Shown here one piece after another: positions 55,351 to 64,000 of a DNA stretch of 64,000 nt. A program made the translations under genes and the position numbers. Source of the stretch: Deltaproteobacteria bacterium (GTDB lineage: Bacteria > Myxococcota_A > UBA9160 > UBA4427). Under the pieces are notes generated by a model. It was not told where the DNA came from. It did no database searches and saw nothing but the letters and a program-made list of their open reading frames with translations. Numbering within the stretch: the stretch's first letter is position 1; the number at the start of each line of letters is the position of its first letter. The stretch lies in the NCBI GenBank assembly GCA_019310385.1, contig JAFDEK010000001.1, positions 66,997 through 130,996 of the forward strand, given 5' to 3'.

Positions 55351-57886
55351 CTCCGAAGCCGCCACTGCCCGACAGGGCGTTCGACTTCAGACGGTCGTCG
55401 CCGATCCCCAGAATCGAGTAGCGGATGCTGAAGCGAAAGCCCGTGCGCCGGTCGTCCCGAAGATCCACGCCCACCGCCCAGCAGCGACACTTCGACCGGA
55501 ACTCGACACCGCCCCCGTTGCCGAGGAGCACCTTGGCCTCCAGATCGTAGACGACGGCGTAGTAGAAGGCCCAGCTGCGCCCCAGCGTGAATCGCAGTCC
55601 GCCGTCGATCTGGTCCAGGGTCGCGAAGCCGTCGTCGAAGTCGCCCAGCCCCTTGTCGCCCAGGTAGGACTCGAGGAAGCGAGGCAGCTGCTTGCGGTAG
55701 CGATAGCCCACCCGGAAGAGGACGCGATCGTGGGGATAGGCGCTGAAGCCGACACGGCCCTCGTCGACGTTGCCGTTCCTGGTGTTGAGGGCCAGCTCGA
55801 GGTCGGTGGCAAAGCGCCGGAGGGGATGGAGCCGGCTGTCCAGAACGAAGTGGCTGAAATCCCGACCCCGATCGGCCAGGTTGTAGTCGACCGAGAGGTC
55901 GAGCTCGGCCAGGAGCTTCCCGCCGTCCCGCTGATAGAAGCGGTTCCGGACGCCCAGGGCGAAGCCGTTGCGGCCGACGATCCGATCCGACGGGTCGAGG
56001 ATGACGTTCTGGCGATCCAGCTGCCGGAGGCGGTACTGGGGGATCTCCGAGGCGGGGACGAAGATCGGAGAGTCCGACGAGGTGGGCCGCGACAGAAAGG
56101 TGTAGCCGAAGCCGGGCTCGGCCACGTGATCGATTCCGCCGAACCACGGCATATCGAAGAAGCCCCGCAGCCGGGAGCGCAGATCCACCCGGACCGTCGC
56201 CCTTCCCTGCTCGGCGAAGTCCTGGGCCGTGCCGAAGTAGAGCATCTGACGCCAGCCGACGTCGCCATAGAGCTCGAGCCAGTCCCACAGGCGCATGGGC
56301 TTCGCAATGCGCGGGTGGATCACCAGCCGACCGCCGTTGCTCGCGAGGGGCTCGCCCTCCTGGAAGACGCCGTCCTCCTCACCGATCCCCAGCTTGTCGT
56401 AGCCGGACACGCTCGGCAGGTAGGGCAACGAGTCGATGCCGAAGTCCACCCAGAGGTCGTCGCCCACGGGAACCACGGGCACCTGATCGCCCGTGCCGGG
56501 ATCGATCTGCACCGGATAGACGTCCTGGGGCTTGTCGGGGGAGTAGAAGTAGATGAACTGGGACTCCAGGCTTCCCACCAGGCTCCACAGCCGCTCGGCC
56601 GGCGTCGAGAGCAGGTCTGCGCTCAGCTCGGGCAGGCGCTGCAGCACGAAGTCGTCGCGGTCGAGGCCGTCCGGGGCCTGCAGGTCGTCCGCCCACTCGA
56701 TGGCGCCCAGCAGGTTCCAGCGGCCGTCGGCGCCGAAGTCGCGGAAGCCGAACATCGTCGACTCGAGGTAGCGGTTGAAGCGAAGCTGGGAGAGCGCGGA
56801 GAAGTCGTCCACGTAGTTGTTGTCCGACACGAGCTTGACGTCGGCCCGGGCTCGCCAGTCCCCGGGCAGGTGCTGGTCGTGGTCGAGGACCACCGCCCAG
56901 CGGTCGACCTCGGGCCAGCCTCCCGGCGGCGGCGTGTCCCCCGAGTTCTTATCCCGCACCCGCTGCTGGTCGTGTATGTAGGAGGCGAAGAGGGAGCCGC
57001 CGGACTTCTCACCGATCACGTACTCGAGCTCGAGCTCCGGCTTGAAGCCGCGATCGCTCAGCCACACCGGAGTGAATGTGACGTTGAGCTCGTCCCGGGC
57101 CGCCCAGAAGATCGGCAGCCCGAGCTCGAAGCCGCTGCGACTCTGGTAGCCGAAGCGCGGAAAGAGCACTCCGCTCTCCCGCTCGGTCTTCACCGGGAAG
57201 ATCATCCAGGGCAGCCAGATGACGGGAACACCGAGAATGTCGATTGTGCTGTTCTGGGTAGTCGCGTAGCCCCCCATGCGCACATCGCCCTTGCGCGCCT
57301 TGATGCGCCAGGGATCCCGCTCGCCCTCGGGACAGCGGCAGGTGGTGAAGACTCCGGCCTGGACGGTGTAGGTGTCGTCCCCGGTCTTGATCAGGCGGTC
57401 GGCATCGACCAGGAAGCCGCCGGGGCCGGTGTCGAGGTGAGCCTGGTAGACGAGCCCCTGCAGCGTCTGCAGATCGAACTGCAGGAACTCGGCGTTCAGG
57501 GTCTCGACGCTGTCGACGTAGAGCACGTTTCCGCTGGCGATGCCGCGCTCGGTCCGGCGGCTGAACACCATCCAGTCGGCGTCGATGCTGCGGTCCCCCT
57601 GGACGATGCGAACGTTGCCCTGGGCGATGTAGAGACCACGCTGCGCCTCGTACTCGATCTCGTCGGCGGTGACTTCGGTGGGCTGGTCGAGATCGAACTC
57701 GCGCCCCGCCAGGGCGCGGCCTGGGTCGAGCAGCAGCCCGGCCAGCAGCAAGCCGGTGAGCAACCACCGGCTGAGCAAGAACAGCGGAATCCGGGCGCAG
57801 CACTTCCGCTGCGCCGATCCCGGTCGGATCGGAGCTCCAAGGCGTTCACGACGCGTATGGCAACGGAGCGGCAACGAGCCCCCCAC
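55337..57886 (-). CDS. lptD: LPS-assembly outer membrane protein LptD
   Basis: OstA-like N-domain (VTADEIEYEAQRGLYIAQGNVRIVQGDRSIDADWMVFSR...ASGNVLYVD), a large beta-barrel region rich in alternating aromatic residues, and a C-terminal beta-strand signature. The start within the first ~40 codons is uncertain. Confidence 0.85.
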   Translation of the reverse strand: MGGSLPLRCHTRRERLGAPIRPGSAQRKCCARIPLFLLSRWLLTGLLLAGLLLDPGRALAGREFDLDQPTEVTADEIEYEAQRGLYIAQGNVRIVQGDRSIDADWMVFSRRTERGIASGNVLYVDSVETLNAEFLQFDLQTLQGLVYQAHLDTGPGGFLVDADRLIKTGDDTYTVQAGVFTTCRCPEGERDPWRIKARKGDVRMGGYATTQNSTIDILGVPVIWLPWMIFPVKTERESGVLFPRFGYQSRSGFELGLPIFWAARDELNVTFTPVWLSDRGFKPELELEYVIGEKSGGSLFASYIHDQQRVRDKNSGDTPPPGGWPEVDRWAVVLDHDQHLPGDWRARADVKLVSDNNYVDDFSALSQLRFNRYLESTMFGFRDFGADGRWNLLGAIEWADDLQAPDGLDRDDFVLQRLPELSADLLSTPAERLWSLVGSLESQFIYFYSPDKPQDVYPVQIDPGTGDQVPVVPVGDDLWVDFGIDSLPYLPSVSGYDKLGIGEEDGVFQEGEPLASNGGRLVIHPRIAKPMRLWDWLELYGDVGWRQMLYFGTAQDFAEQGRATVRVDLRSRLRGFFDMPWFGGIDHVAEPGFGYTFLSRPTSSDSPIFVPASEIPQYRLRQLDRQNVILDPSDRIVGRNGFALGVRNRFYQRDGGKLLAELDLSVDYNLADRGRDFSHFVLDSRLHPLRRFATDLELALNTRNGNVDEGRVGFSAYPHDRVLFRVGYRYRKQLPRFLESYLGDKGLGDFDDGFATLDQIDGGLRFTLGRSWAFYYAVVYDLEAKVLLGNGGGVEFRSKCRCWAVGVDLRDDRRTGFRFSIRYSILGIGDDRLKSNALSGSGGFGDVVR

Positions 57887-57972
57887 TCGCCCCGAAATCC
57901 GGGTGTGAACGGACCCTATCAGAGGGGTTCCGCGGGGGTCAAATGGGGCTGGATGGCCTGGAGGCCTTCTCG

Positions 57973-58611
57973 TCAGGCGGGAAGGTCGAGACTGCTGGAC
58001 AGGGCGTCCACATCCTTGGCGACCAGCTCGTCCTCGACCAGACGCACGAGCTTCTGGTCCAGTAGCTGGTGAACGGCGCGATGGCCCTCGAGCATGCTGA
58101 GGCCGGCCTCGGCCGACAGGGATTGCAGGGTGCCCGGCACGCGAATGCCTTCATCGGGCCCGCCGCGTGTCGCATTCCGGATCAGGACCCGCACCAGCGG
58201 ACGCAAGAGGTCATCGACTCCGAGGGCAGTGAGGCGCCGCTCCGATTCGATCAGCCGCGCCGCCAGTCTGCTCATGAGGCGGATGGCGATCTCGGGCCGT
58301 TCCACGCACATGGCCTCGAGGGTCTCGCCGTCGAGCTCGAGCAGGCGGATGTCGCAGGCCGCGACAGCCTGGGCCGTACGCGGCTCGCCCAGCACCACGC
58401 TCATCTCGCCGAAGAACTCGCCGGCCCCGAGGCGCGCCACGCAGTGGCGCCTCCCGATTCCGCCGCGGATCAGCTCGACCTCACCCGCCTGAATGATGTA
58501 CAGGACCGAGCCGGGCTCACCTTCAGCGAAGATCTGCTGCCCCGCCTCGAAACTCCGCTCGTAGGTCCGGCGCACCTGAACCGTCGTGTTGTCCTGACCA
58601 GCCAGCAGCAA
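57973..58611 (-). CDS. Cyclic-nucleotide-binding domain regulator (Crp/Fnr-like)
   Basis: cNMP-binding fold: FEAGQQIFAEGEPGSVLYIIQAGEVEL...GAGEFFGEMSVVLGEPRTAQAVA. C-terminal ~70 aa could be a winged-helix domain. TTG start. Confidence 0.7.
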   Translation of the reverse strand: MLLAGQDNTTVQVRRTYERSFEAGQQIFAEGEPGSVLYIIQAGEVELIRGGIGRRHCVARLGAGEFFGEMSVVLGEPRTAQAVAACDIRLLELDGETLEAMCVERPEIAIRLMSRLAARLIESERRLTALGVDDLLRPLVRVLIRNATRGGPDEGIRVPGTLQSLSAEAGLSMLEGHRAVHQLLDQKLVRLVEDELVAKDVDALSSSLDLPA

Positions 58612-58667
58612 TCCCTCCCCGGATGACGGGACACCGGAAGGATCGACCAGCTGGCGCCACCGCTTTA

Positions 58668-58733
58668 GGGCCGCGGGCGCTCATTGGGCCGCAGGCGCTC
58701 ATTGGGGCCGCAGGCGCTCACTGGGGCCGCGCC
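58668..58733. repeat. Intergenic 18/19-nt tandem repeat, about 3.6 copies
   Basis: GGGCCGCGGGCGCTCATT / GGGCCGCAGGCGCTCATT / GGGGCCGCAGGCGCTCACT / GGGGCCGCGCC. Begins 4 nt after the TlpA-like stop, about 55 nt upstream of the cNMP-regulator start. Confidence 0.9.
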
Positions 58734-58736
58734 AGT

Positions 58737-59252
58737 TCAGCTCGCCGTCGCGATCTTCTCGAGGGAGGCCTCGATATCGCCCGTCTCGACCAATCCCATG
58801 TGACGGGAAACCACCTTTCCATCCGGCCCGATGACGATGAGCGTGGGAAAGCCCAGGGCCCCGAAGCGACGGGCGAGATCCTCGTCGCCCAGCAGAATGG
58901 GATAGCGGACCTGCTTCTCCGCCACCCAGGCACCGATCACCTCGGGCCCATCCGTGTCGACCGAAACGCCGAAGAGCCGGATGTCGCCCAGCTCGCGATG
59001 GGCCTCGTAGAGGGCGTTGAGCTCTGGAACCTGGAATTCGCAGGGCGGGCACCAGGTGGCCCAGAAGTCCAGAATGACGGTCTGGCCGCGCAGCTCCGCG
59101 AGGCTCACGCGTCCTCCCCCATCGAGCAGCTCGAGACTGAACTCGGGCGCGGGCTCGCCGGCTCCCGCCTCGAGCCCCCCGTCGGATTCGAAAGAGCACG
59201 CGGCAAGCACGAGGGCGAGGCCCACCAGCAGCACCCGGCTCGGCCAGCTCAC
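58737..59252 (-). CDS. TlpA/ResA-like thiol:disulfide oxidoreductase lipoprotein
   Basis: Lipobox LVLAAC and thioredoxin motif FWATWCPPCEFQ. Its start overlaps the stop of the upstream ccdA by 4 nt, so the two are probably co-transcribed. Confidence 0.85.
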   Translation of the reverse strand: MSWPSRVLLVGLALVLAACSFESDGGLEAGAGEPAPEFSLELLDGGGRVSLAELRGQTVILDFWATWCPPCEFQVPELNALYEAHRELGDIRLFGVSVDTDGPEVIGAWVAEKQVRYPILLGDEDLARRFGALGFPTLIVIGPDGKVVSRHMGLVETGDIEASLEKIATAS

Positions 59253-60022
59253 TGCAGCATCCTCTCGGCGGCGTTCACGAAGCGTGCAAGAAAACTGAAT
59301 TGGCTGTTCAGGCGCGACAGCTGGTCGGTCATCAGCAATGCGCCGACGGAGACCAGCATGATTCCGGAGAAGATCTCGACCTTGCGGAAGTGTCGCTTCA
59401 TGCGGGCGAAGGAGCGGAAGAAAAAGTGGATGCTCCAGCCCGCCAGCAGGAAGGGGATGGCCAGGCCAGCCGAGTAGATCGACAGCAGCACGGTTCCCTG
59501 GAGCACCGTGTCGTTACTGCCCGCCATGGCGAGAACACCGCTCAGGATCGGTCCGATGCAGGGCGACCAGCCGAAGGCGAAGCCGGCTCCCACCAGGCAG
59601 GCACTCGAGAAGCTGCGGTGACCGACCTTGAAGTTGAAACGGGTGTCGCGGTAGAGGCTGCGGATCGGTGTCAGGCCCGTCATGTGCAGACCCAGCAGGA
59701 TGATGAAGAAGCCCGCGATCTGAGCCAAGCCGATATCGACGCCCAGGACGTCGACGTGCCAGGTGCGCAGCCTCTGGCCGATCGCCACCGCGCCGATCCC
59801 GAGCAGCACGAACACGACCGAGAAGCCCACGACGAAGCCGAAGCAGGCCCGCATCACTCGGGCCCGCAGCTGGGCGTCGTGGACGCCCTCCTCCATCTCC
59901 TCGACGGAGACCCCCGAGACCAGGGACAGATAGGCGGGCATCAGGGGCATCACGCAGGGCGAGAAGACCGAAATCAGTCCCGCCACGAAGGCCAGTGGCG
60001 CTTGTGATGCCAGATCCGCCAT
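59249..60022 (-). CDS. ccdA: Cytochrome c biogenesis thiol-reductant transporter CcdA (DsbD family)
   Basis: FVAGLISVFSPCVMPLMPAYLS and a second FGWSPCIGPILSGVL motif. Six TM helices. Confidence 0.85.
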   Translation of the reverse strand: MADLASQAPLAFVAGLISVFSPCVMPLMPAYLSLVSGVSVEEMEEGVHDAQLRARVMRACFGFVVGFSVVFVLLGIGAVAIGQRLRTWHVDVLGVDIGLAQIAGFFIILLGLHMTGLTPIRSLYRDTRFNFKVGHRSFSSACLVGAGFAFGWSPCIGPILSGVLAMAGSNDTVLQGTVLLSIYSAGLAIPFLLAGWSIHFFFRSFARMKRHFRKVEIFSGIMLVSVGALLMTDQLSRLNSQFSFLARFVNAAERMLQ

Positions 60023-60142
60023 CCCGCGTGCTCGCCCCCGCCATCCTCATCGGTCGGCACCCCGCCGCCAGCCCCGGACGGGCGAGCAGCGGGGGCCCGT
60101 GGTCCTACTTACCGACCGTCGGCCACTCTCATGCGTCGGCCC

Positions 60143-60568
60143 CTACCAGCCATCGGCCGGCGGTGCCGAGGCGACGTCCGCTTCTGCCGGCGTCACCGCA
60201 ACCGGCTCCGCTTCGGGCCGGTATTCGGGGCTGCGCCCGAAGAACTCGACTTCCTTTTCGCCCCGCAGCTGCGAGGGCGTGATCACATAGTCGCCGCGCA
60301 CGGAAGGCGTGAGCACGACCTGCGCGACCTCGGCGTCCCCCCCCGAGAAGGCGAAGGCGAGACCGCCCACCACGAGGCCCCCGGTCGCATAGAGGAGCTT
60401 GGCGGGACCGTAGACCAGGCTCGCGAGCGCCGAGCCGGCTCCCACGCCGCCCTCCTTGGCCATCTCGCCGCTCTCGCTCTCCGCCAGAGCGATGCCCGGC
60501 GCCAGAACGAAACCAATTACTGCCACTAGAACCACCAGCCTCGCCTGCAGTTCCAGCTTCCGAAACAC
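60143..60568 (-). CDS. Hypothetical secreted protein
   Basis: Signal-peptide-like ARLVVLVAVIGFVLAPGIALA, then Gly/Ala-rich hydrophobic segments. Start is taken at GTG 60568, preceded by GAGGA. I recognise no family. Confidence 0.4.
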   Translation of the reverse strand: MFRKLELQARLVVLVAVIGFVLAPGIALAESESGEMAKEGGVGAGSALASLVYGPAKLLYATGGLVVGGLAFAFSGGDAEVAQVVLTPSVRGDYVITPSQLRGEKEVEFFGRSPEYRPEAEPVAVTPAEADVASAPPADGW

Positions 60569-60583
60569 AATCCTCGACCCTGA

Positions 60584-60629
60584 GGGGGCAGCCGCCCCGA
60601 CGCGGAGGGGGCAGCCGCCCCGACGCGGG
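60584..60629. repeat. 2 x 23-nt tandem repeat, each unit a GC hairpin, in the 5' region of the secreted-protein gene
   Basis: GGGGGCAGCCGCCCCGACGCGG(A/G) at 60584-60606 and 60607-60629. On the minus strand each unit contains GGGGC-GGCT-GCCCC. Confidence 0.9.
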
Positions 60630-60838
60630 CCGCGTCCTCCAATTTTTGCTCGAACATGGCTCTCTTTTCCTCTCATTCAGCAACGATCCGAGCGAACCGA
60701 CCGGAACGCGAACCGTTGCGTTATCCCCCAATGGGATTCTCCCCTTTTGTCGGGATTCCGGCAAGGAGCGGGGAGGTGCGGGATACGCCCCACAGGGAAG
60801 TATTGCGAGAGCGAGTGAATACGCGGGGGAGGACGGAC

Positions 60839-61288
60839 TCAGAAGCCGCCGCGGGTGTCGAGCAGAAGGGTGACCGGCCCGTCGTTGACGAGGTCGACCT
60901 CCATGTTGGCACGGAAACGTCCCGTGACCACCGGGGCGCCCTCGGCCCGAGCCGCCTCGACCACCGCCTCGATCAGGGGCGCCGCCCGCTCGGGTGCCGC
61001 GGCTCCGCCGAAGTAGGGTCGCCGCCCCTTGCGCACATCGCCGTACAGGGTGAATTGGGAGACCACGCCCAGGGTCCCGCCGACCTCGAGCAGGGAGCGA
61101 TTCATCCTGCCCTCGTCGTCCGGGAAGACGCGCAGGTGCACCAGCTTTCTGGCCAGCTCCCGAGCGTCGTCGGGTCCGTCGTCGGATCCGACGCCCACCA
61201 GCGCGAGCAGGCCGCGCTCCATGGCGGCCAGCTCCTCGTCGCCGACCCGCACCGATGCCCGGCTCACGCGCTGCACCACGGCGCGCAC
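60839..61288 (-). CDS. dtd: D-aminoacyl-tRNA deacylase
   Basis: (V)RAVVQRVSRASVRV, GLLALVGV, VVSQFTLYGD and the terminal NDGPVTLLLD parallel E. coli Dtd. GTG start at 61288. Confidence 0.9.
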   Translation of the reverse strand: MRAVVQRVSRASVRVGDEELAAMERGLLALVGVGSDDGPDDARELARKLVHLRVFPDDEGRMNRSLLEVGGTLGVVSQFTLYGDVRKGRRPYFGGAAAPERAAPLIEAVVEAARAEGAPVVTGRFRANMEVDLVNDGPVTLLLDTRGGF

Positions 61289-61292
61289 GGCT

Positions 61293-61817
61293 TCAGATCT
61301 CCTCCTGGCTGGCGAAGCGCCCGTCATACACGGCCTCACCCTCGGTGCGCATCACCACGAGCTGGCACACGCGAACCCCGGCGTGGATGCGCAGGGGATG
61401 GCTCGAGACGTTGCTCATCTCGAGCACCTGGCGATTGCACACCCCCGGCTGAACCAGCGCCGAGGTCACGTGAATCATGAGTCCCAGTCGCGCGAAGCGG
61501 CTGCGACCCTCGAGGAAGCCGCAGAGGTCCGCGGCGAGACTCACGCGCTCCCGGGTGATGCCATGAATCGTGAACCCGGGCCGCAGCACGAAAGGCTCGT
61601 GCAGAGAGCGAACCACGGTGTGATCGCGGTAATCGGTGTCGTCGAGGATTTCGATCGGCCCCTCGCCGGGCGTGATCACCCGGATCTCGTTGCCGAGGGT
61701 GAGATCGATGGACGCAACTCCGACCTGATCGGCCTGCAGCGGCGTGATCCCGAGGCGGCCAATCTCGAGCTCGTGCCGGAGTGCGTCGCGGGTGAGAACG
61801 GCCATGGGGCGGCGCAT
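61293..61817 (-). CDS. dcd: dCTP deaminase family protein
   Basis: GVASIDLTLG, FLEGRSRFARLGLMIH and a CQLVV end match the dCTP deaminase/dUTPase fold signature. An alternative ATG lies at 61805. Confidence 0.8.
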   Translation of the reverse strand: MRRPMAVLTRDALRHELEIGRLGITPLQADQVGVASIDLTLGNEIRVITPGEGPIEILDDTDYRDHTVVRSLHEPFVLRPGFTIHGITRERVSLAADLCGFLEGRSRFARLGLMIHVTSALVQPGVCNRQVLEMSNVSSHPLRIHAGVRVCQLVVMRTEGEAVYDGRFASQEEI

Positions 61818-61832
61818 GATACCCTACCCAGC

Positions 61833-62636
61833 ATGACCCACCCCTACTTCGATCTTCCGCACCCGGTGATCCTCGGCCACAGGGGCGCGGCAGGCTCCGC
61901 TCCGGAAAACACCCTCCTCTCCTTCGAGAAGGCCCTCGAGCTGGGCGCCCACATCATCGAGTCCGACGTTCACGCGACGAGCGAGGGCGAGGCCGTGCTC
62001 ATCCACGACGACTTCGTCGATCGGGTCAGTGAAGCCAGCGGACGAGTCGCAGAGCTCTCCGTGGCCGGGATCCAGGCTCTGGATGCCGCCTACCACTGGA
62101 GCGACGACGGCGGGGCCAGCTTTCCCCTGCGCGGAAAGGGAGTCCGGATCCCCACCCTCGAGGAGGCCTTCGCGGCACTTCCCCATGCGCGCTTCAACCT
62201 CGAGCTGAAGAGCGGCGAGACCCGCCTGGCCGTTCGCGTCCTCGACCTCGTGCGCCGCTTCGATCGCGAGGACATCACCCTGCTCACGTCCGGCGAGGAC
62301 TCCATCATGGCGGCGCTGCGCCAGGAGCGTGCCCGCGTACAGCTGCGACCCGCCATGGGGGCGTCCAAGGGAGAGATCCTCGCCTTCGTCCGTTCCGCCC
62401 TCGATGGAGAAGCGCCGCCGGACGACTGCATGGCGCTGCAGATCCCCCCATCCTTCGCCGGCGAGCCCCTGGTCACGCCGGAGCTGATCCGTCACGCCCA
62501 TGCCCACGATGTTTCGGTTCACGTGTGGACCGTGAACGACCCCGACGAGATCTCCCGCCTGCTGGAGCTCGGCGCCGACGGCATCGTCACGGACCATCCC
62601 GAGCGCATGGCGCGTCTGCTGCGAGAGGGCGCGTGA
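61833..62636 (+). CDS. Glycerophosphodiester phosphodiesterase (GDPD family)
   Basis: ILGHRGAAGSAPENTLLSFEKALELGAHIIESDVHATSEGEAVLIHD, FNLELK, VHVWTVND and GADGIVTDHPE. Start at ATG 61833, in frame with the listed 61029..62636 ORF. Confidence 0.85.
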   Translation: MTHPYFDLPHPVILGHRGAAGSAPENTLLSFEKALELGAHIIESDVHATSEGEAVLIHDDFVDRVSEASGRVAELSVAGIQALDAAYHWSDDGGASFPLRGKGVRIPTLEEAFAALPHARFNLELKSGETRLAVRVLDLVRRFDREDITLLTSGEDSIMAALRQERARVQLRPAMGASKGEILAFVRSALDGEAPPDDCMALQIPPSFAGEPLVTPELIRHAHAHDVSVHVWTVNDPDEISRLLELGADGIVTDHPERMARLLREGA

Positions 62637-63226
62637 CTCGAGGAAGCGCCCTCTCCCCCCTCTCCCCGCCCTCCCCGCTCTTGCTCGATCACGTGAAGGA
62701 GCTCGCGGAGGCCTCGCGTCTCGGGCCGGTGCTCGACCTCGCCTGCGGCCGGGGACGCCACGCCCTCGAGCTCGCTCGAAGGGGCATCCCGTGCATCGCG
62801 GCGGATCGCAACGACGGCTTCCTGCGCGAGCTTCTCGAGCGGGTCGATGCCCCAGAAGAGAGGGTCACGCCGCTACGAACGGACCTTGAGACCGAGCACG
62901 GACTTCCTTTTGAAACAGAGAGTTGCGGGGCAATCCTCGTGTTTCGCTTTCTCTTTCGCCCGCTCGCCTCCGCGATCGCGAGCCGGCTCGCTCCCGAGGG
63001 ACTGCTTCTCTACGAGACCTTCACCGTCGGTCAGCTCGCGTACGACTACGGACCGCGCACCCGTGCCTTCCTGCTCGAGAGCGGCGAGCTGCCGCGCCTC
63101 TTCCCCGACCTCGAGGTGCTCGATTACTGGGAGGGCGTGAGCCGGGAGGGTCCAGCTGAAGGCGAGCGACCCGAAGCCCTTGCCCGTCTGCTGGCGCGCA
63201 AGCCCCGCGCCGCCCGCAGCGGCTAG
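62633..63226 (+). CDS. Class I SAM-dependent methyltransferase
   Basis: SAM motif [20 protein letters not shown], with an acidic residue after beta-2 (IAADRN). The GTG start overlaps the upstream stop (GTGA). Confidence 0.65.
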   Translation: MTRGSALSPLSPPSPLLLDHVKELAEASRLGPVLDLACGRGRHALELARRGIPCIAADRNDGFLRELLERVDAPEERVTPLRTDLETEHGLPFETESCGAILVFRFLFRPLASAIASRLAPEGLLLYETFTVGQLAYDYGPRTRAFLLESGELPRLFPDLEVLDYWEGVSREGPAEGERPEALARLLARKPRAARSG

Positions 63227-64000
63227 CGGGCCCTTTCCTCCAGGCGTTCGAGGGCCCAGCGGGCATGCTCTGCGAGCAGCGGGTCGTCACCCGACGCGTG
63301 GGCCTCGAGGGTGGGACGCAGGCTGGCGTCACCCGAGTTGCCAGCGGCCACCAGGGCATTGCGCAGCAGCCCGCGGCGCTTGCTGCGCCGCAGCGCGCTG
63401 CGGCGGGTCACGTTGCGCCACGCGGCGTCATCGAGGCCCAGCAGCCAGGCCAGGGAGGGCTGCGCCCACTCCGAACGCGGCGCAAGGCGCGCCCGCAGAC
63501 CCAGTGGGTCCGCCGGAGCGCGCCGGCCGCCCCGGGTATTCCACGGGCACACCTCCTGGCACCGGTCGCAGCCGAAGACGCGGTCCTCGTGAGAAGCGCG
63601 CAGCTCGGCGGGAATCGGACCCGGGTCCTCGATGGTCGTGTACGCAATACAGCGTCGCGCATCCAGTACGTAGGGCGACGGGAAGGCGTCGGTGGGGCAG
63701 GCGTCCAGGCAGGCTCGACAGCTGCCGCAGTGGTCGGACTCGGGCCGGTCGGGCTCCAGTGCCAGGTCCGTGATCAGCACACCGAGGAAGAGGTAGGAGC
63801 CCAGCCGTGTATGGATCAGGCAGGTGTTCTTCCCGATCCATCCGAGCCCCCCCCGTGCAGCGGCGACCCGCTCGCTCACCGGGCCCGTGTCCACGTAGGC
63901 GCGGCTGTGAAGGGGACGCTCGGCCAGGACTTCGAGCGCCGCCGAGAGACCGCGAAGCCGATCCCGCATCACCTCGTGGTAGTCGTCGCCCACCGCATAG
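63223..64000 (-). CDS. queG: Epoxyqueuosine reductase (5' end outside window)
   Basis: [20 protein letters not shown], two ferredoxin-type clusters ([16 protein letters not shown]; [11 protein letters not shown]) and a C-terminal HEAT-like tail. The frame is open to the window edge. Confidence 0.85.
   Translation of the reverse strand, partial: YAVGDDYHEVMRDRLRGLSAALEVLAERPLHSRAYVDTGPVSERVAAARGGLGWIGKNTCLIHTRLGSYLFLGVLITDLALEPDRPESDHCGSCRACLDACPTDAFPSPYVLDARRCIAYTTIEDPGPIPAELRASHEDRVFGCDRCQEVCPWNTRGGRRAPADPLGLRARLAPRSEWAQPSLAWLLGLDDAAWRNVTRRSALRRSKRRGLLRNALVAAGNSGDASLRPTLEAHASGDDPLLAEHARWALERLEERAR

Overview
High-GC, densely coding chromosomal segment of a Gram-negative-type bacterium (LptD, LapA/LapB and a PEP-CTERM protein are present). 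I cannot assign a taxon from the sequence alone. I found no rRNA, tRNA or CRISPR array. Most real genes are easy to separate from the many long alternative-frame ORFs typical of GC-rich DNA.

Layout:
- 1-9.2 kb: CHASE2 cyclase translationally coupled to a DUF928 protein, an acyl-CoA-synthetase-like ligase, a TetR regulator with a perfect palindrome at its start, a 1277-codon four-module fusion enzyme, and DsbA.
- 9.3-19.1 kb: CCA-adding enzyme with HD domain, an alkyltransferase-like (ATL) protein, oligopeptidase A, a sigma-54 activator co-linear with DUF3311 and an SSS transporter, an SRAP peptidase, and a DUF368 protein.
- 19.06-26.35 kb: visibly lower-GC accessory stretch. It holds 1.2 kb without a credible ORF, a DapB-like oxidoreductase plus molybdopterin oxidoreductase pair, a low-GC hypothetical, a tyrosine-integrase 3' remnant, a LamG/PEP-CTERM protein and two copies of a ~110-nt GC-rich repeat.
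- 26.35-45.4 kb: long minus-strand housekeeping array with many 4-nt start/stop overlaps (rluB-family, scpB, scpA, second class II nucleotidyltransferase, xerD, glnD, amidase, mutS, lapB-like, lapA, ihfB, rpsA, tyrA, hisC, pheA).
- 45.7-64 kb: GGDEF protein, coaE, complete trpEGDC-FBA, lptD, a cNMP-binding regulator, TlpA/CcdA, dtd, dcd, a GDPD phosphodiesterase, a methyltransferase and queG (partial).

Observations most worth a second look:
1. The FGGY kinase / 2-hydroxyacid dehydrogenase / SCP2 / class II aldolase single-polypeptide fusion under a TetR gene.
2. Recurrent perfect or near-perfect tandem duplications at gene termini. Every copy inside a CDS has a unit length divisible by 3 (trpB 2x42, trpF 3x24, scpA 2x33, scpB 2x36, ihfB 3x12).
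3. The decayed integrative island with its repeated structured element and poly-C/G tracts.
4. The unexplained 1.2-kb non-coding stretch.
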